Of a DNA stretch of 64,000 nucleotides, positions 62,270 to 64,000 are shown in pieces; the stretch's first letter is position 1; every line of letters begins with the position of its first letter. This stretch comes from Macrostomum hystrix (taxonomy: Eukaryota > Animalia > Platyhelminthes). Position numbers and translations under genes: made by a program. Under the pieces are notes generated by a model. It saw nothing but the letters and a program-made list of their open reading frames with translations, did no database searches and was not told the origin of the DNA. The stretch is taken from the NCBI GenBank assembly GCA_950097015.1, contig CATNEN010000011.1, forward strand, positions 3,596,001-3,660,000, read 5' to 3'.

Positions 62270-63840
62270 GATGAAATTAGGGATGAGGATTGAAATGGGA
62301 TTCGGGATGAGGACTGAATTGGGATTTATGATGAGGATTGAAATGAGATTTAGTATAGGGATTGAAATGGGATTTATGATGAGGATTGAAATGGGATTTA
62401 TGATGAGGGTTGAAATTGGATAAGGGATGAGGATTGAATTGGGATTCGGGATGAGGACTGAATTGGGATTTATGATGAGGATTGAAATGAGATTTAGTAT
62501 AGGGATTGAAATGGGATTTATGATGAGGATTGAAATGGGATTTATGATGAGGATTGAAATGGGATTTATGATGAGGGTTGAAATTGGATAAGGGATGAGG
62601 ATTGAATTGGGATTCGGGATGAGGACTGAATTGAGATAAGGGATGAGGATTGAAATGGAATTAGGGATGAGGATTGAATTAGGATAAGGGATGAGGATTG
62701 AAATGGGATTAGGGATGAGGATTGAATTAGGATTAGGGACGAGGATTGAATTGGGATTAGGGATGAGAACTGAATTATGATTAGGGACGAGGATTGAATT
62801 ATGATTAGGGATGAGGATTGAATTAGGATTAGGGATGAGAACTGAATTAGGATTAGGGATGAGGATTGAATTAGGATTAGGGATGAGGATTGAATTAGGA
62901 TTAGGGATGAGGATTGAATTGGGATTAGGGATGAGGATTGAATTAGGATTAGGGATGAGGACTGAATTAGGATTAGGGATGAGGATTGAATTAGGATTAG
63001 GGATGAGGATTGAATTAGGATTAGGGATGAGGATTGAATTAGGATTAGGGATGAGGATTGAATTAGGATTAGGGATGAGGATTGAATTAGGATTAGGGAT
63101 GAGGATTGAATTGGGATTAGGGATGAGAACTGAATTAGGATTAGGGATGAGGATTGAATTAGGATTAGGGATGAGGATTGAATTGGGATTAGGGATGAGA
63201 ACTGAATTAGGATTAGGGATGAGGATTGAATTAGGATTAGGGATGAGGATTGAATTGGGATTAGGGATGAGAACTGAATTAGGATTAGGGATGAGGATTG
63301 AATTAGGATTAGGGATGAGGATTGAATTAGGATTAGGGATGAGGATTGAATTGGGATTAGGGATGAGAACTGAATTAGGATTAGGGATGAGGATTGAATT
63401 AGGATTAGGGATGAGGATTGAATTAGGATTAGGGATGAGGATTGAATTAGGATTAGGGATGAGGATTGAATTAGGATTAGGGATGAGGATTGAATTAGGA
63501 TTAGGGATGAGGATTGAATTGGGATTAGGGATGAGAACTGAATTAGGATTAGGGATGAGGATTGAATTAGGATTAGGGATGAGGATTGAATTGGGATTAG
63601 GGATGAGAACTGAATTAGGATTAGGGACGAGGATTGAATTATGATTAGGGGTGATGACTGAATTGAGATAAGGGATGAGGATTGAAATGGGATTATGGAT
63701 TGGGATTGAAATGGGATTAGGGATAAGGATTAAAATGGAATTGATAATGATTGAAATGGGATTAGAAATGAGGATTAAAATAGGATTGACGACGAGGACT
63801 GAAATGGAATCAGTGGTGAGGATTGAACTGGGATTAATGA
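62270..63840. repeat. 24-bp minisatellite (GATTAGGGATGAGGATTGAATTAG)n
   Basis: Direct tandem repeat; source of the MRIELGLG ORF. Confidence 0.96.
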
Positions 63841-63960
63841 TGAGAATTGAAATCGGATTGGATATAAGAAAGGGATCTGATCCTAGGGATCTGAAGACAC
63901 TGCTGAATCCTTAGAAGTAAAATAGGTTTCTAAAATGAAACTACAGGACTAAAAACTCAC

Positions 63961-64000
63961 TTAGCATCCAGCTGGGTCATATTGTCCATGAACAGTCGGA
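63961..64000 (-). CDS. SRGAP: srGAP-like protein, partial F-BAR exon running off the window
   Basis: RLFMDNMTQLDA-AA|GTGAGT joins in phase 2 to the 62176 exon, giving LDAKQDK (compare srGAP ENLDATSDK). Confidence 0.75.
   Translation of the reverse strand, partial: PTVHGQYDPAGC

Noticed and set aside
23542-63840. Rule that intronic arrays are always C-rich on the sense strand
   Set aside because: True for the ERp44 arrays and the 62.3-kb array, but contradicted by the arrays at 47098 and 57000.
222-63914. Long periodic ORFs in the track (for example 928..1947, 3346..4377, 16033..16998, 20182..21398, 26977..27600, 35112..36968, 56878..57537, 62811..63644)
   Set aside because: They are translations of minisatellites, open in several frames and on both strands, and some lie inside introns of the conserved genes.

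Overview
Eukaryotic (animal, probably invertebrate) genomic DNA with spliceosomal GT-AG introns; the species cannot be identified from sequence alone. Three conserved genes can be assembled with frame-consistent splice phases: an ERp44-like ER thioredoxin protein (+, 6 exons, 22708-26031), an LHFPL/TMHS-family tetraspan protein (-, 2 exons, 48590-37964) and the 3' part of an srGAP-like F-BAR/RhoGAP/SH3 protein (-, >64000-52550). Mobile DNA comprises an intact DD34D mariner in an srGAP intron (60506-61813), an internally deleted IS630/Tc1-type element with long TIRs (28723-29641), about eight copies or fragments of a tRNA-head/CORE-like SINE carrying a 14-bp palindrome, a second tRNA-derived SINE and a decayed CR1/L2-type LINE end. 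About 30 different minisatellite arrays (units of 4-53 bp) cover roughly 40-45% of the window by hand tally and account for most long ORFs in the supplied track. The most notable hidden features are a complete type I hammerhead ribozyme on the minus strand (20094-20150) and a probable micro-exon gene for a small secreted Cys-containing peptide (22004-~22470) that the ORF track misses.
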